DNA from: Callorhinchus milii
Taxonomy: Eukaryota
Assembly (NCBI RefSeq): GCF_018977255.1
Contig: NW_024704742.1
Location: forward strand, 71,054,001 to 71,118,000
Direction of reading: 5' to 3'
DNA: 64,000 nucleotides
Of the stretch, positions 12,330-25,156 are shown in pieces. Under the pieces are notes generated by a model. The model was not told where the DNA came from, ran no database searches, and was given only the letters and a program-made list of their open reading frames with translations. The stretch's first letter is position 1; every line of letters begins with the position of its first letter. Position numbers and translations under genes: made by a program.

Positions 12330-13850
12330 TCCCACAAAGGGGAAAGGTAGGGCATCCAAACCTCCCTGGATGAATAAGGAAAAAAATAAAACAGAAAAAG
12401 GAGGCTTATGATAAATGTCAGGTCCAAAACACAGAAGATGATCAAATAGAATATAGAAAGTACAGGAGAGAACTGAGAAAGGAAATAAGAGGGGCAAAGA
12501 GATTGTATGAAAAAAGATTAACGGGTAACATAAAAGGGAACCTTAAGGTATTTTATAAGCATATCAAGAATAAAAGGTTAGTCAAAGGTAGGGTGAGTCC
12601 AATTAGGGATCAAAGAGGAAATCTTCTTGTGGAGGCAGAGGGCATGGCTGACGTACTGAATGAGTCTTTGCATCTGTCTTCACAAAAGAAGAGGATGCAG
12701 CCAATGCCACAGTATCGGAGGAGAGGGTAGAGAAATTAGATAAGATAAGAATAAACAGAGGAGGTTCTAAAAAGGTTGTCAGTGTTCAAGGTAGATAAGT
12801 CACCCGGTCCGGACGCAATGCATCCTCGGTTACTGAGGGTGGAAATAACGGAAGCTCTGACCACAACCTTTCAACCCTCCTTGGACACCGGGGTGGTGCC
12901 AGAGGACTGGAGGGTTGGAAATGCTACTCCCCTGTACAAAAAGGGACAGAGGGATAAACCCAGGAACTACAGGTCAATCAGCCTAACATCAGTAGTGGGG
13001 AAACTTCTAGACTATAAACCGGGACAAAATACATTTTTACTTAGAAAAACAAGAGTTAATAAAGACAGCCAACATGGATTTGTTAAAGGCAAATCGTGTC
13101 TAACCTGATAAGAGTTTTTTGATGGAAGTAACGGAGAGGGTGGGTGAAGGTAGTGCAGTTGATTTTGTTTATATGGATTTTCAAAAGGCGTTTGATAAAG
13201 TGCCACATAAGAGACTTGTAAGCAAAATAGAAGCCCACGGTATTAAAGGGACAGTGGCAGCATAGATACAGAACTGGCTATGAGACAGAAAGCAGGGAGT
13301 AGTGGTGAACGGTAGTTTTTCTGACTGGAGGGAAGTGTGCAGTGGTGTCCCCCAGAGGTCGATATTGGGACCACTGCTGTTTTTGATCTATATAAATGAC
13401 CTGGACTTGGGTATAGAGAGTACAATTTCCAAGTTTGCAGATAATACTAAGCTAGGAGAAGTAGTAAACAGTGAGGAGGATAGTATGAGGAGAGGGAATA
13501 TAAGCTGATGGTACAATCTTAAAGAGGGTGAAGGAACAGAGAGACCTGGAGGTTCATATCAGTAAATCTTTGAAGGTGGCAGGACAGGTAGATAAAGCTG
13601 TTAAAAGAAACAGAGGAGAGGTGAGAATTTTTTTACACATTGAGTTGTTTGGATCTGGAATGCATTGCCTGAAAGGATGGTGAAAGCAGATTTGAGAGAG
13701 AAGTAGATAATTATTTGGGGAGGATAAATTTGCAGAGTTATGGGGGGGGAGAGCGGGGAAGTGGGATTCAATTGGATAGCTCTTTTCAAAGAGCGGCTAC
13801 GGACATGATGGGCTGAATGGCCTCCTTCTGTGCTGTATAATTCTATATAT
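12330..13850 (+). mobile_element. CR1-clade LINE, 5'-truncated, with frameshifted reverse transcriptase
   Basis: [67 protein letters not shown] and KFADNTKL spread over several frames; CR1 tail GGGCTGAATGGCCTCCTTCTGTGCTGTA. Confidence 0.92.
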
Positions 13851-13869
13851 AGCCATTTGCAATACAATA

Positions 13870-14370
13870 CTAAATTACATTTGTAAAGCGCCTTTCACGT
13901 TGGGAGGGAGAACATCCTAAGGCGCTGAACAGTCAGGGATTAGGACCTGAGCGGGGGGTGGGGGGGGGGAGGATGAGTTAAGAGAGGGTAGGAATGTTGC
14001 TGAAGGTACGGTCAAAGAGGAGGGTCTTGAGATGTGCCTTGAAGGATGCAAAGGAGGGAGTGAGGTGAAGGGAATGTGGGATGGAGTTCCAGAGGATGGA
14101 GGCAGAGGCTGAAGGCCCAACTGCTGATGCTGGTGTGGGCCAGGCGGGGGTCATGGAGCAGGCCGGAGCGAGCAGACAGGGTTAGCAGGTCAGAGAGATA
14201 AGAGGGGGCAAGACCATGGAGGGCCTTGATGACGAGGACGAGAATTTTGAACATGATCCTCTGAGGGATGGGGAACCAGTGGAGCCGGGTGAGGATGGCG
14301 TTGATGGGGTCACAGAGCCTGGTGCGGGAGAGGACAAGAGCTGGACAAGGTCTGGATGATCTGTAGTTTA
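13870..14370 (-). mobile_element. L2-clade LINE 3' fragment
   Basis: DPINAILTRLHWFPIPQRIMFKILVLVIKALHGLAPSYLSDLL, the L2 ORF2 C-terminal motif. Confidence 0.85.
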
Positions 14371-14648
14371 CACATTTCCTATGACTGGATCTCACCTGAT
14401 TAGAGACTCATAGCCCACATCAGTCTTACAAAGAAAAGAAGAGTCAGGAGAGAATTTCGCATGCAACATAACTGAGCTGTACAATGGCTGCTACATTTTG
14501 CCCATAAAATATACAGTCAATTCACTTTGCAGTGTATTCTGTGAAGCACTTTGAGAAAACTCATGATTTTCACAAGAAATGCTTGTAAATTCTACTACAC
14601 ATTACCAAGTTTACAGACACTTCACACCTTGTGAATGTGATCAAACAT

Positions 14649-14661
14649 CACCATCTAGTGG
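14649..14661 (-). promoter_or_regulatory. CTCF-like motif CCACTAGATGGTG
   Basis: One mismatch to the CTCF core CCASYAGRKGGCR. Confidence 0.4.
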
Positions 14662-14749
14662 AGTGAAGTGATTCCTTCACTATTTCACCAAGATGACTGA
14701 TTGCCTTTTGCACAGTATGAAAGGTGCTATGTAAATGGATGTTTACATG

Positions 14750-15210
14750 CAAACACAGCCGAAACTCTCATCAATGCTTTTGTCACCTCCCATCTCAACT
14801 ACTCCAATGCCCTCCTCGCTGGTCTCCCCACCATACACAAAATTCAGCTAATCCAGAGATCTGCCACCCACACACTCACCCACACTAAACTCCGGACCCC
14901 AACACCCCAGTTCTTGCCATGCCCCACTGGCTCCCTATCACCGAATGGATCGATTTCAAGATCCTCACATTCGCCTAAAGATCCCTTCATGCCCTGGCAC
15001 CTACCTACCTCTCTGACCTGCTTTGCTCCCAATTCACTACCCGCTGCCTCCGCTCGACTGACTCTGGCCTCCTGCACATCCCTCGTCCCCTCCCCTCCAT
15101 CGGTGGCCACAATTTCAGCCACTAAACCCTAAAATTCGGAACATTCTGGAATTCTCTCCCTCAATCCCTCCACCGTGCCCCCTCCTACCCCATTTTCAGA
15201 TCGGTTGAAG
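14750..15210 (+). mobile_element. L2-clade LINE fragment
   Basis: AETLINAFVTSHLNYSNALLAGLP...KIQLIQ. Confidence 0.8.
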
Positions 15211-15270
15211 AGGAAAGTCTTCAGGCTAGGTGTCTTGCTCCGCCACTGTCAGCCCAAACTATGTGAGCTG

Positions 15271-15727
15271 AGGAGTCCTGTAGTGGTTAGCATGCTCACC
15301 TCATAGGAGAGAAGATCCAGGTTTGATTCCCAGGCAGGACGTAACCTTAGCAAATTTCCTAACTCCACAAACCTCTGTTTACCTAGTAGGAACCCGATTG
15401 TTAGATGGTTGGGGGATCACTTTCTGCTGGTAATTATCCCACCCAAAAAAATCTTTGGTTACTCAATCCACAACTGTTTATGGGACACTGCTGTGCGCAA
15501 TTGGCTGCCTTGTTTCGCCCACAAAATACACAGTCAATTCATTTTACAATATATTCTTTGAAGAGCTTTGAGATGTCTCAATGATGTGATAAGGCACTAT
15601 TTCAAATGCAAGGATTACACAAAAATATACAGTCAATTCACTTTACAGTATGTTCTGAAAAAGCACTTTGAGACGTCTCGAAGACATGATAAGGCACTAT
15701 ATATCAAATGCAAGGATTATTATTATA
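15271..15727 (+). mobile_element. tRNA-headed SINE with a second tandem 3' tail
   Basis: Head at 15271; the tail segment CACAAAATATACAGTCAATTC...GGATTAT occurs twice (ending at about 15617 and 15727). Confidence 0.8.
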
Positions 15728-15969
15728 ACATTCTGACATGGGGTTTGAGCAACAACCTTGTGACTCAGAGGCTAGAGTGCTGCTAACACTTTCAGATTTG
15801 TAAGAGAAAACGCAATTGATTGAAGCAAATTGATTAACAATTTAAAGTCAAGCAGGTCAACTGTGAAGCCATCGTGCGTACCAAGGAAATTACATTTAAC
15901 AAAATTTTTACAGCTAATTAAGTTTTTGTATCAATTTAGGGCTGATTGAGGGTGTTATTGGCATGTTAT

Positions 15970-15986
15970 AGCCACCAGAGGGCGAA
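15970..15986 (+). promoter_or_regulatory. CTCF motif CCACCAGAGGGCG
   Basis: Matches the CTCF core consensus and lies in non-repetitive sequence. Confidence 0.6.
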
Positions 15987-16152
15987 CTCACTCCTTATAA
16001 CCATTCACTGGCTATTTTATGGAGAAACATATATATAATGCAACATTCAATGTCTGCCTCTCTCTGTCTTTGTCTCTACTTCTGTCTGTTAATAACTTGA
16101 CATATTTTGCTCACTGTATAGTTATGACATCTTTCAATCTCTCTCTCTCTGG

Positions 16153-16376
16153 CGGTTCTAACTGGTTCGACTCCAGCATTTACCCCAACGCACACACTGG
16201 GGTCCCCAAGCCTTGGCTCTTGCCAACCTGCGCCTCTCTCGCTAGAAATTATGTGAGCAGGATGTGTCCCTCTGGGATTTCAGTAGGTGGGATGCATGGA
16301 ATTCTCAGTTTGGTTAGGAGACTCTTAAGCATGATGGGTTTCCACACGTGTTAGACAACCGTCTGACTAAATAAAT
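16153..16376 (+). mobile_element. family X A-tailed repeat copy
   Basis: TACCCCAACGCACACACTGGGGTCCCCAAGCCTTGGCTCTTGCCAACC core. Confidence 0.75.
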
Positions 16377-16894
16377 ATCTCTGGCACTCATTACTCGTTA
16401 CACTCTGTGCCCTCTCTCTCTCCCACTCTCTCAATCAGCCGCATGGCTCACTATCTGGCAGCGAAGAGTGTTATGTGCGGTGTTCTGTTTCAGGTCTGAG
16501 GCAAGTACGGGAAACAAAGTTCAGCAGAGGCAAGTGCGGTAGCTGCGTTACGAGTTACGTGGTGGTTAATACGACTAGTGCAGATGAGTTTAAGTGGATT
16601 TAATAGGAAATTAAACAGGACTTGGGTGGATGTACTATTTAGGGGATTATACCATTTATGTAGATCAGATTAATCAGAGTTTTACTGTATATATTATTTT
16701 ACTTTTCTCTTATTTTCTCTATCTATGCCTCTCAATCTCTCTCTGTCTCTATTTCTCTCTCATTTACTCTCACTTTTTTCTATTTCTCTCTCACTCCTTG
16801 ACTCTCTCTGTTTCTCTCGCATACTCTCTCTCACTCTTTTACATCCATTTGAGTTGGAGACAGACATGACTTAAAATTTATAACAGATCAAAGA

Positions 16895-17350
16895 AGAGAG
16901 GGCAGGGCAAGGAGAAGAGGAGGGGCAAGGAGAAGGGGAGGGGCAAGGAGAAGGGGAGGGGCAAGGAGAAGGGGAGGGGCAAGGAGAAGGGGAGGGGCAA
17001 GGAGAAGGGGAGGGGCAAGGAGAAGGGGAGGGGCAAGGAGAAGGGGAGGGACAAGGAGAAGGGGAGGGAGAAGGGGAGGGGCAAAGTGAAGGGGAGGGAG
17101 AAGGGGAGGGACAAGGAGAAGGGGAGGGGCAAAGAGACAGGGAGGGACAAGGAGAAGGGGAGGGGCAAGGAGAAGGGGAGGGGCAAAGAGAAGGGGAGGG
17201 GTAAAGAAGGGGAGGGAGAAGGGGAGGGGCAAAGAGAAGGGGAGGGAGAAGGGGAGGGGCAAAGAGAAGTGCCATGAGAAGGGGAGGGGCAAAGAGAAGG
17301 GGGAGGAGCAGGGGAAGGGGAGGCAGAAGAGAAGGGGGGGGTCAGGGAGA
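16895..17350. repeat. 18-bp purine minisatellite (GGGGAGGGGCAAGGAGAA)n
   Basis: Directly visible tandem array with G-quadruplex-prone composition. Confidence 0.95.
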
Positions 17351-17635
17351 ATGGGAGGGGCATGGAGAAGGGGAGAGCAGGAAAAAGGGGAGATTTCTGA
17401 GGCGGGGACCAAAATCATGGCCAAAGTGATAGGTCTTTAAGATGGGTTTGGAAGATGGGAGAGAGAAAGAGAGGAGAGATTTCTGAAGATGAACAGAAGA
17501 AAATATCTTACAATGGTTTTCCTCTCACTGACAAGAGAGTCGGCCAAATAGTCTGACTCAGTCATGTCTCAATTAAAATTCCAGAATTAACCACGGTACC
17601 AAACTCTCATCACCTAAGCCTGTGAGACTGATTGT

Positions 17636-17957
17636 GCTTTTTTTGTTGTTCAGTCGGGGGTCTGGCACATGTGGAAACCCATCACAATGCCTAAATGTCT
17701 CCTAACCAAACTAAGAATTCCATGTATCCCACCTCCGCATGGAAATCCCAGAGATAGATTGTTGGAATGAAATGCACACTCTCTCCCTGGAGGGACACAT
17801 CCCGTTCACCTAATTCCGGAGAGTGTTAGGCACAGGTTGGTAAGAGCCAAGGCTTGGGGACCCCAGAGTGTGTGTTGGGGTAACTGCTGGAGTCTAACCA
17901 GCTAAATCCACACAGCTTGTCATTGAGAGCACTGTCTGGCAAGCTTTCCCGCTGCTT
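17636..17957 (-). mobile_element. family X A-tailed repeat copy
   Basis: Reverse complement of the 5709 and 16153 copies, extending further 5'. Confidence 0.75.
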
Positions 17958-18019
17958 AATTTTTCTTAAAATGTAAGACAGTGTGACAATGTGGAGATTT
18001 CCTAAATCAGTTTGGAAAC

Positions 18020-18387
18020 TATAACAATCCTTGCATTTGAGATTGCACCTTATCATGTCTTCGAGATGTTTCAAAGCGCTTCAAAGAATATACTGCAAAG
18101 TGAATTGACTGTCTCTTTTGTGGGCAAAACACGGCAGCCAATTGCGCACAGCAGTGTCCCACAAACAGTCGTGGATTGAGTGACCACATTCTTATTTTTT
18201 TTAGTTATTTATTTTGAATTGATTATTATCCCCAGAATGCGCTCCACCAATCGACTAACAATGGGTTCCTCCTTACTGCTATGTGTGGAGTAAGGAAACT
18301 TGCCTTAGGTTTTGCCACATCCTGGAATCGAACAAGGGTCTTCTCACTTGCAAGACAACTTCACTAACCACTATTTTATAGGAATCT
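18020..18387 (-). mobile_element. tRNA-headed SINE
   Basis: Family tail, body and head in reverse orientation. Confidence 0.8.
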
Positions 18388-18929
18388 AATATATATAAAG
18401 GATTGAGCAGTTAACTTACATTAACATGGTTGTGGTTTTGTGAAGCTGGGATTGCAATGGTTGTTTCTAGTTATAAATTAAATCTTGCTGACTATCTTCA
18501 CAGCCTAGCTGTCTTCCACCTGTCTTGCTCCCCCTCTCCTACCTGCCCCCTCCACCGTCAGAAAAGCAGACCATCAACTAAATTTTGATTAATATGTAAA
18601 TTGCCAGCGATCTCGGCTGCAGAGCCGGGTAATTAATCACTAGTTAAAACAAATTAAAACATACATCAGTTTTGTCAGAAACACACTCTGGGTTAATCGT
18701 CCGTAAAATTGGAAGTTTAAAGGATGAGATGTGGAATGAGGCTGTGAATAACGCATACAGCTCACCCCTCTCTCTCCTGATCAGATAGGCTGGGTGTCTG
18801 GGTTGGTACAAGCCGCCTCTGTCTATGGTGCGAGGCTGCCTCCCCACCCCATCTCTCCTCTCTCAGTCTTACTATAATCTCTGTAGCTCTTTCATGTCTA
18901 TTTAGCTGCTATTTAGAGACAGCTTTAAG

Positions 18930-19885
18930 GTGTATCTCCATCCCTCTCTCTATCACTCTCTATCACACTCTGTCTATCACTCCTCTGTCTGTCATGTTCT
19001 GTCTATCACTCTCTATTGCACTCTATCACTATCTGTCTATTACCTTCTGTCTATCAACCTTGATATCTATTATCCTCTCACTCTCTGTCTATTACACTGT
19101 CTCTCACTCTCTTACTCTCTCTGTCACACTCTGTCTTTCACCCTCCATCTATCATACTCTGTCTCTCTCTTATATTCTATCACCTTATGTCTATCACCCT
19201 CTATCGATCACTCTCTGTCTATAGTACTCTGGCTCCCTCTGTCTATCAATATTTTTCTAATACTCTGTCCATCATTCTCTGTCCAGTACTTTATCACTCT
19301 CTGTTTAACACTCAGTCTCGATCACTCCTTGTCTCTCACTCTCTATCACTCCTTGTCTCTCACTCTCTATCACTCCTTGTCTCTCACTCTCTATCACTCT
19401 CTGCCTCTCACACACTATCACTCCTTGTCTATCACTCTCTATCACTCTCTGCCTCTCACACACTATCACTCCTTGTCTATCACTCTCTATCACTCTGCCT
19501 CTCACACGCTATCACTCCTTGTCTATCACTCTCTATCACTCTGCCTCTCACACGCTATCACTCCTTGTCTATCACTCTCTATCACTCTCTGCCTCTCACA
19601 CGCTATCATTCCTTGTCTCTCATTCTCTCACTCCTTGTTTCTCACTCTCTATCGCTCCTTGTCTCTCACTCTGTATCGCTCCTTGTCTCAAACTCTCTAT
19701 CACTCTCTGCCTTTCACACGCTATCACTCCTTGTCTCTCACTCTCTATCACTCCTTGTCTCTCACTCTCTGCCTCTCACATGCTATCACTCCTTGTCTCT
19801 CATTCTCTATCACTCCATGCCTCTCACTCTCTATCAGTCTCTATCTATCACCCAGTGTCCTTCACCCTCTGTCTATTACACTCTA
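18930..19885. repeat. pyrimidine-rich minisatellite (CTCTCTATCACTCCTTGT-type units)
   Basis: Tandem degenerate units; the source of the spurious long ORFs here. Confidence 0.9.
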
Positions 19886-20125
19886 TGTGAGTGAAAAACC
19901 TCAGTACACAGAGAAAGAGGCCATTCACTTCTTGGCTGTTTGTAGAATTTTGCTGTGTGCAAACTGGCTAATTTGTTTGTATTCAAATACATGGTCATTA
20001 ACTCCCTATGAACACTCTCAGACACATCAATGTTATCACTGCTCGATCAAACCAAGAGTGATTTTCCGATGACTTGTATGTGAGTTTACATCAGTGCATA
20101 CAGCACAGCGTATATGCGTGTGTAC

Positions 20126-20730
20126 ATAATAATCCTTTCATTTGATGTAACGCTTTATCATATCTTTGAGACGTCCCAAAGCGCTTCACAGCTTTTTGTG
20201 TCAAGTGAGTATTTTGTGAGAAACACGGCAGCCAATTGCACACAGCAGTGTCCCACAAACAGTCATGGATTTTTTTTAGAGGGATTATTATCCCCAGAAA
20301 AGCAAGCCGCCAATTGACTAACAACTGGGTTCCTACTAACTGCTAGATAAACAGAGGCGTGTGGAGTAAGGGAACTTGCACAATATTTTGCCCTGCCCGG
20401 GAATCGAATGCAGGTCCTCTCGTTTGCGAGGCGAGTGCTCTAATACTGAACTGCAGGACTCCACATTGTACACATTCACGTATACCAGTGTATGTGAATG
20501 TACACAAAATAATAATAGTAATCCTTGCATTTGATTTAGCACCTTATCACATCATCAAGACATCTCAAAGCCCTTCAAGGGATATATTGTAAAGCGGATT
20601 GACAGTGTATTTTGTGGGCAAAATACAACAGCCAATTGTGCACAGCAGTGTCCCACAAACAGTCATGGAGTGAGTGACTAATTTTATTTGGGAGATTGTT
20701 GGCCAAGACACCAGGAGACAGAAACTCCCT
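20126..20730 (-). mobile_element. two tandem SINE copies (one full, one 3' part)
   Basis: The first head ends GGACTCCA at 20463; a second tail starts at about 20510. Confidence 0.8.
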
Positions 20731-21179
20731 TTGTAAGTAATCCCAAAATTCTGGGTTGTTTTAAATTGACCAAAGAAAATTGCAAGGACTCATAAAATTG
20801 TTAATTGACAAAAGCTGACTATATGATGCAAATGCATTAAAGTGGCCAAGGACAATGGAAAACGAGTGGATGAATGTTTACAGACAAAGTTTCAAAATCA
20901 TTATTGATAAGGTTCTCTCCATGGGCAGTTGCATTAGTTACACAATCAATGTTAAAAATAATTAAGAAATACACTATAATCAACATAGATCAATGCATGT
21001 TAACAAATCAATTCCTCCATCAAAGACACTGTATTGATCTGAACAATCTCTTGCAGTGAACTTTACCAACCCGTTGTAAGCATTCATTTGATTTGAACGT
21101 ATAACCTTGACATGTTTAACCTTACTAATCTTTTATTAAATTTTACTATTTAAAAAGAAATTTGTGTCACAAATTTATT

Positions 21180-21385
21180 CAAATAGCTCCATGGGATCTT
21201 TAACATTCTCTGGAACAGGCGGATGGATCCTCAGTTTAACCTCTCACCCGAAGGATGGCACCTCCGACAATGCAACACCCACCCGCAGCGCTGCATTGGA
21301 GCATCAGCTTAGATGATGTGATTCCAACTCCTGACCCACAACCTTCTGACCCAGAGGAGAGAGTGCTTCTGAGACAGGCTGACAC
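21180..21385 (-). mobile_element. SacSINE1-like 5' half
   Basis: CCATGGGATCTTTAAC...GAAGGATGGCACCTCCGACAATGCA, the reverse of the SacSINE1-like body. Confidence 0.7.
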
Positions 21386-21503
21386 GAGTGTGTATGGCAG
21401 TGTAATTGTGAGTATGTATGTGGGTGTGTACACGAGAGAGTACTGCAGTGTGTATAGGAGTGTATGTGTATGCACAAAGCTCATTTGAATTCACTGTCAG
21501 GCC

Positions 21504-21537
21504 TGCAGTGTTGCAGCAGGACCTGTAGGTGGCGCTG
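21504..21537 (+). promoter_or_regulatory. CTCF motif with upstream module, TGCAGTGTTG-cagca-GGACCTGTAGGTGGCGCTG
   Basis: Core CCTGTAGGTGGCGCTG plus an upstream TGCAGT module resembling the ZF9-11 motif. Confidence 0.6.
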
Positions 21538-22401
21538 TTGTCTGACTGTCCTGTTTCACTCTGATCACACACACTGGATGGTCAATGTGGCGAGATTGGG
21601 CGGGATAACGCCCAATTGGGCGGCTTTCTGTTGTACTGTGTGTGAAAAAACAGCTTTGGGACATGTCTGACTTTCAAAAAAATTAATTTAAACCTGGTAA
21701 ACGTGTCCCACCCCACCCCACACACACACACCCTTGAAGACGTTTTCCTAGAGTTTTAAAAACCGTACTCTAAGTTGGCCACTTTGCTCCCAGAGGAAAC
21801 AAAGTGTAATATTGGGCTACTTTTGGGCTAGTGTATGGTTGACTTTTGAGCTACAAACATACAGTATTTTAATCCCTCCACCTGTTGCTGAGCAAAATCA
21901 CCCTTTCAGGGGCCTGAAATTCCTCCTGGTCTTAGTCTATCAGAACATTTCATTTTCAAATTTCACACGGAGCAGAATTGTGACAAAATGTTAAATTCAG
22001 TCTTCATTGGGAACTGTTTTTGTTATTAAGAACTGTAAAATCTCTTCCAAATTACACCAGGATTTAACTATTTTCCTTCCATGACCCAATAATGTTGTAT
22101 GTTTGTGAGCGCGTGTGAGTTTCTATGAGTGTGTATTTGTGAGTGTGTGTGTTAGTGTGTATGAGCGCTCTGAGAACCTACTCTGCATGGAGAGCACTAT
22201 ATAAGTGCAAATTGTTGTTGTTATGAGTGTGTGTTTGTGAGTGTTGTGTGTGTGTGTGTTTGTGTGTGTAACCTCTCCCTCTGTTTTCCTGATGTTAATT
22301 AAATTGACACTTTTGAGTCACTGACGCACCGAACAGTGGATATAGTTTCTCCCTATTTACATTGTCAAACATTCCCCGTAACTCAATATGTGTCTGTGCC
22401 T

Positions 22402-22715
22402 GTTTTTTTTGGTCAGCCGGGTGTCTGATAAATGCAGAAACCCATCCCCATGCTTAACAGTATCCAAACCAAACTGAGTATTCCATACATCCCACTTACA
22501 CATGGAAATCCCAGAGACAGATTGTTGGAATGGAATGAGTGCTCTCTCCCTGGAGGGACACATCCTGATCCCCTAATTCCTGAGAGTATTAGACGTAGGT
22601 TGGCAAGAGCCAAGGCTTGGGATATCATCCCAACCTGAAAGGCGTTATAAAAAAATGCAATTTGTTGTCGGTGTTGTTGTTGAGGCAAGGCTTGGGAACC
22701 CCAGAGTGTGCGTAG
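22402..22715 (-). mobile_element. family X copy interrupted by a short L2 tail
   Basis: CAAGGCTTGGGA is duplicated at 22611-22622 and 22686-22697, on either side of the insert. Confidence 0.8.
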
Positions 22716-22879
22716 TGCGTACCCACCCCACCTCCTTCCCCCAACCCCACCACCGCCCAAGGAGGATAGTCACTAGTTGGTTATTTGACATCCAGCAAGT
22801 GTGGGTTTGAGCCCTCACTAGGTGGATGATAGGCATCAAGGACTCCTTGCGAGCTTCCTGTTCGGCAACACAGCATGAA

Positions 22880-23255
22880 ATAATAAAAATAATAATTGTT
22901 GCATTTGATATATCACGTCTTTGAGACGTCTCAAAGCGCTTCACAGAATGTACTGTAAAATGAATTGACTGTATACTTTGTGGGTGAAACGAGGCAGCCA
23001 ATTGAGCACAGCAGTGTCCCACAGACAGTCATGGATTGACTGTTTGTGGGACATTATTATCATTATTTTTTATGAATTATTACCCCTGGATAAACGATCC
23101 ACAAATCGACTAACAACCGGGTTCCTACTTGCTGCTAGTTAAACACAGGTATGTGGAGTAAGGAAACTTACCCAACGTTTCGCTTTGCCCAGAAATCGAA
23201 CCCAGCTCCTCTCGCTTGCGAGACAAGTGCCCTAATCACTAAGCTACAGGACTCT
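22880..23255 (-). mobile_element. tRNA-headed SINE
   Basis: Family structure in reverse orientation. Confidence 0.8.
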
Positions 23256-24310
23256 ATAATCCGTGAGAGTGTCAGTATGTTTGTGTGTATGTGGCTGTAA
23301 TGGTGTCTCTTTGTGGGTGACGGTCTATGTAGGATCTATTTTTATGTCTATGTGTCTGAGTGTTTGTCTGGATCTGTGTGTGTAAGTGTATGTATCTCTA
23401 TGTGTATATCTGTGCTTAGTGAGATATCTGTTGTGTGTGTGGGTGTCTGTCTGTGTGTGTGTCTATGTGTGTGTCTGTGTGAGCGTCCATGTGCGAATCT
23501 GTCCATGTGTGTCTGTTTGTCACTGTTTGTATGTTTCTGTCTGGGTGTGTTTGTGTGCCTGACTATATAGGTGTGTTTCTATGTGTATGTGTGTGTTTGA
23601 CTGTGTCTGGGTGTGTATCTGTATGTGTGTCTGTATGCGTAGGGTAGCGCGGATGTACAGTCCACATTAAACAGGTATCAACAAGTGACTCACAATGTAT
23701 CTGTTTCATTGCTCTCCTAGTCTCAGGTTTCACTTTCCTGCTGAAGAACATTCAGCATTCACAGCCAAGGGACAAGGGACTCCCAGATACCAGGGCTGGC
23801 AGGAGGTCTATTTTACGCCATTTCTTAAATAAGAAATTCAGACATCCATGGGTTAGACTCACAGGATCATTGCTCTGATGTGCTCTAGTTGGAAGCGGGA
23901 GACGGTGAATGAAATATCCTTAATAATCCTTGCATTTGATATTGCGCCTCATCAAGTCGTTGGGACGTCTCAAAGCACTTCACAGAATATACTGTAAACT
24001 GTATGTTTTAGAAGGTGCCCTCGAGTCGGAGTGAAGCAAGTGACTTGGTTTTAGCTGCTCTCGCCCAACTCAGATTTCTTAATTATCTGTCAAGAAACTC
24101 CCCTCTCTCCCCCTCCCCAGTTGTACAATATTCACAATTGTCCCATTTAGACTCCAACACACTTCCAAACTCACACAGTGGCATGCACAGAACATGGACG
24201 TCTCAAACGTCCTTATAATAATAATCCTTGCATTTGATATAGCACTTTTCAAGTCTTCAAGACGTCTCAAAGCGCTTCACAGAATAGACTGCAAAGTGAA
24301 TTGACTGTAA

Positions 24311-25156
24311 AGTCAACAAGACCGAGGCTCTCCTGATTGGCTCCCGTCAACACCTCCACACCTCAGGCGCTGACAGCATCACCATCCATGGTTGCACACT
24401 CCACCTCACTGAGCCAGTCCGAAACCTTGGGGTCTAGTTTGACCCCCAACTATCCTTTCTACCCACATCCATGCTATGTCCCGCTCTGCCTTCCCCCACC
24501 TCTGCAACATCGCCCGGCTCTACCACTATCTCACACCGCAGGCCCCTAAAATCCTCATACACGCCTTCGTTACATCGAGGTTTAACTATGCAAACTCCTT
24601 GCTTGTAGGCCTCCCCAACTCCTCTCTCCACAGGCTGCAGATCATCCAGAACTCTGCAGCCCAGCTCCTCTCCCGCACTAGACTCCGTGACCCTATCACC
24701 CCCATCCTCACCCTCACTCCACTGGCTTCCCATCAACACAGAGGACACAATTCAAGATCTTGGTCCTCACCTTCAAAGCTCTCCATGGTCTTGCTTCCCC
24801 CTACCTCTGCCACTTCCTAACCCACTACCATCCTGTCCGTTCCCTCCATTCAGCGGGCTCCGGCCTGCTTCACTTCTCCCGCCTCGCTCACACCCCATTG
24901 GCGGGCGGGCTTTCTGCCACTCTGCCCCCACTCTCTGGAACTCCATCCCACAGTCCCTCCGCCTCGCCCCCTCCCTTGCTTCCTTCATGACCCATCTCAA
25001 GACCCTCCTCTTCGACCGTGCTTTTGATCACCCTGCTTCCCCCCATGCCCTCCGCCCTTCCTGATCCCAACCCCCAGCTCAGGTCTGAAACTCTGTCTGT
25101 TCAGCATTTCCCAATGTGAAAGGCGCTCTACAAATGTAATTTTGTTGTTGTTGTTG
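24311..25156 (+). mobile_element. L2-clade LINE 3' portion with (TTG)n tail
   Basis: HLCNIARL...LIHAFVTSRFNYANSLLVGLP...RLQIIQNSAA and FKALHGLASPYL; tail TGAAAGGCGCTCTACAAATGTAA-(TTG)n. Confidence 0.9.

Noticed and set aside
16430..16620. CpG-containing unique patch with a tttcag acceptor-like site
   Set aside because: No convincing donor site or recognisable peptide; it cannot be classified without a database search.
16871..17424. Pro/Ser/Cys-repeat ORFs
   Set aside because: Translation of the 18-bp minisatellite.
18930..20072. 380 aa ORF and overlapping ORFs
   Set aside because: Translation of a pyrimidine-rich minisatellite.
22812..22830. CACTAGGTGG partial CTCF-like motif
   Set aside because: It lacks the leading CC and the GGCG end, so it is too weak to call.
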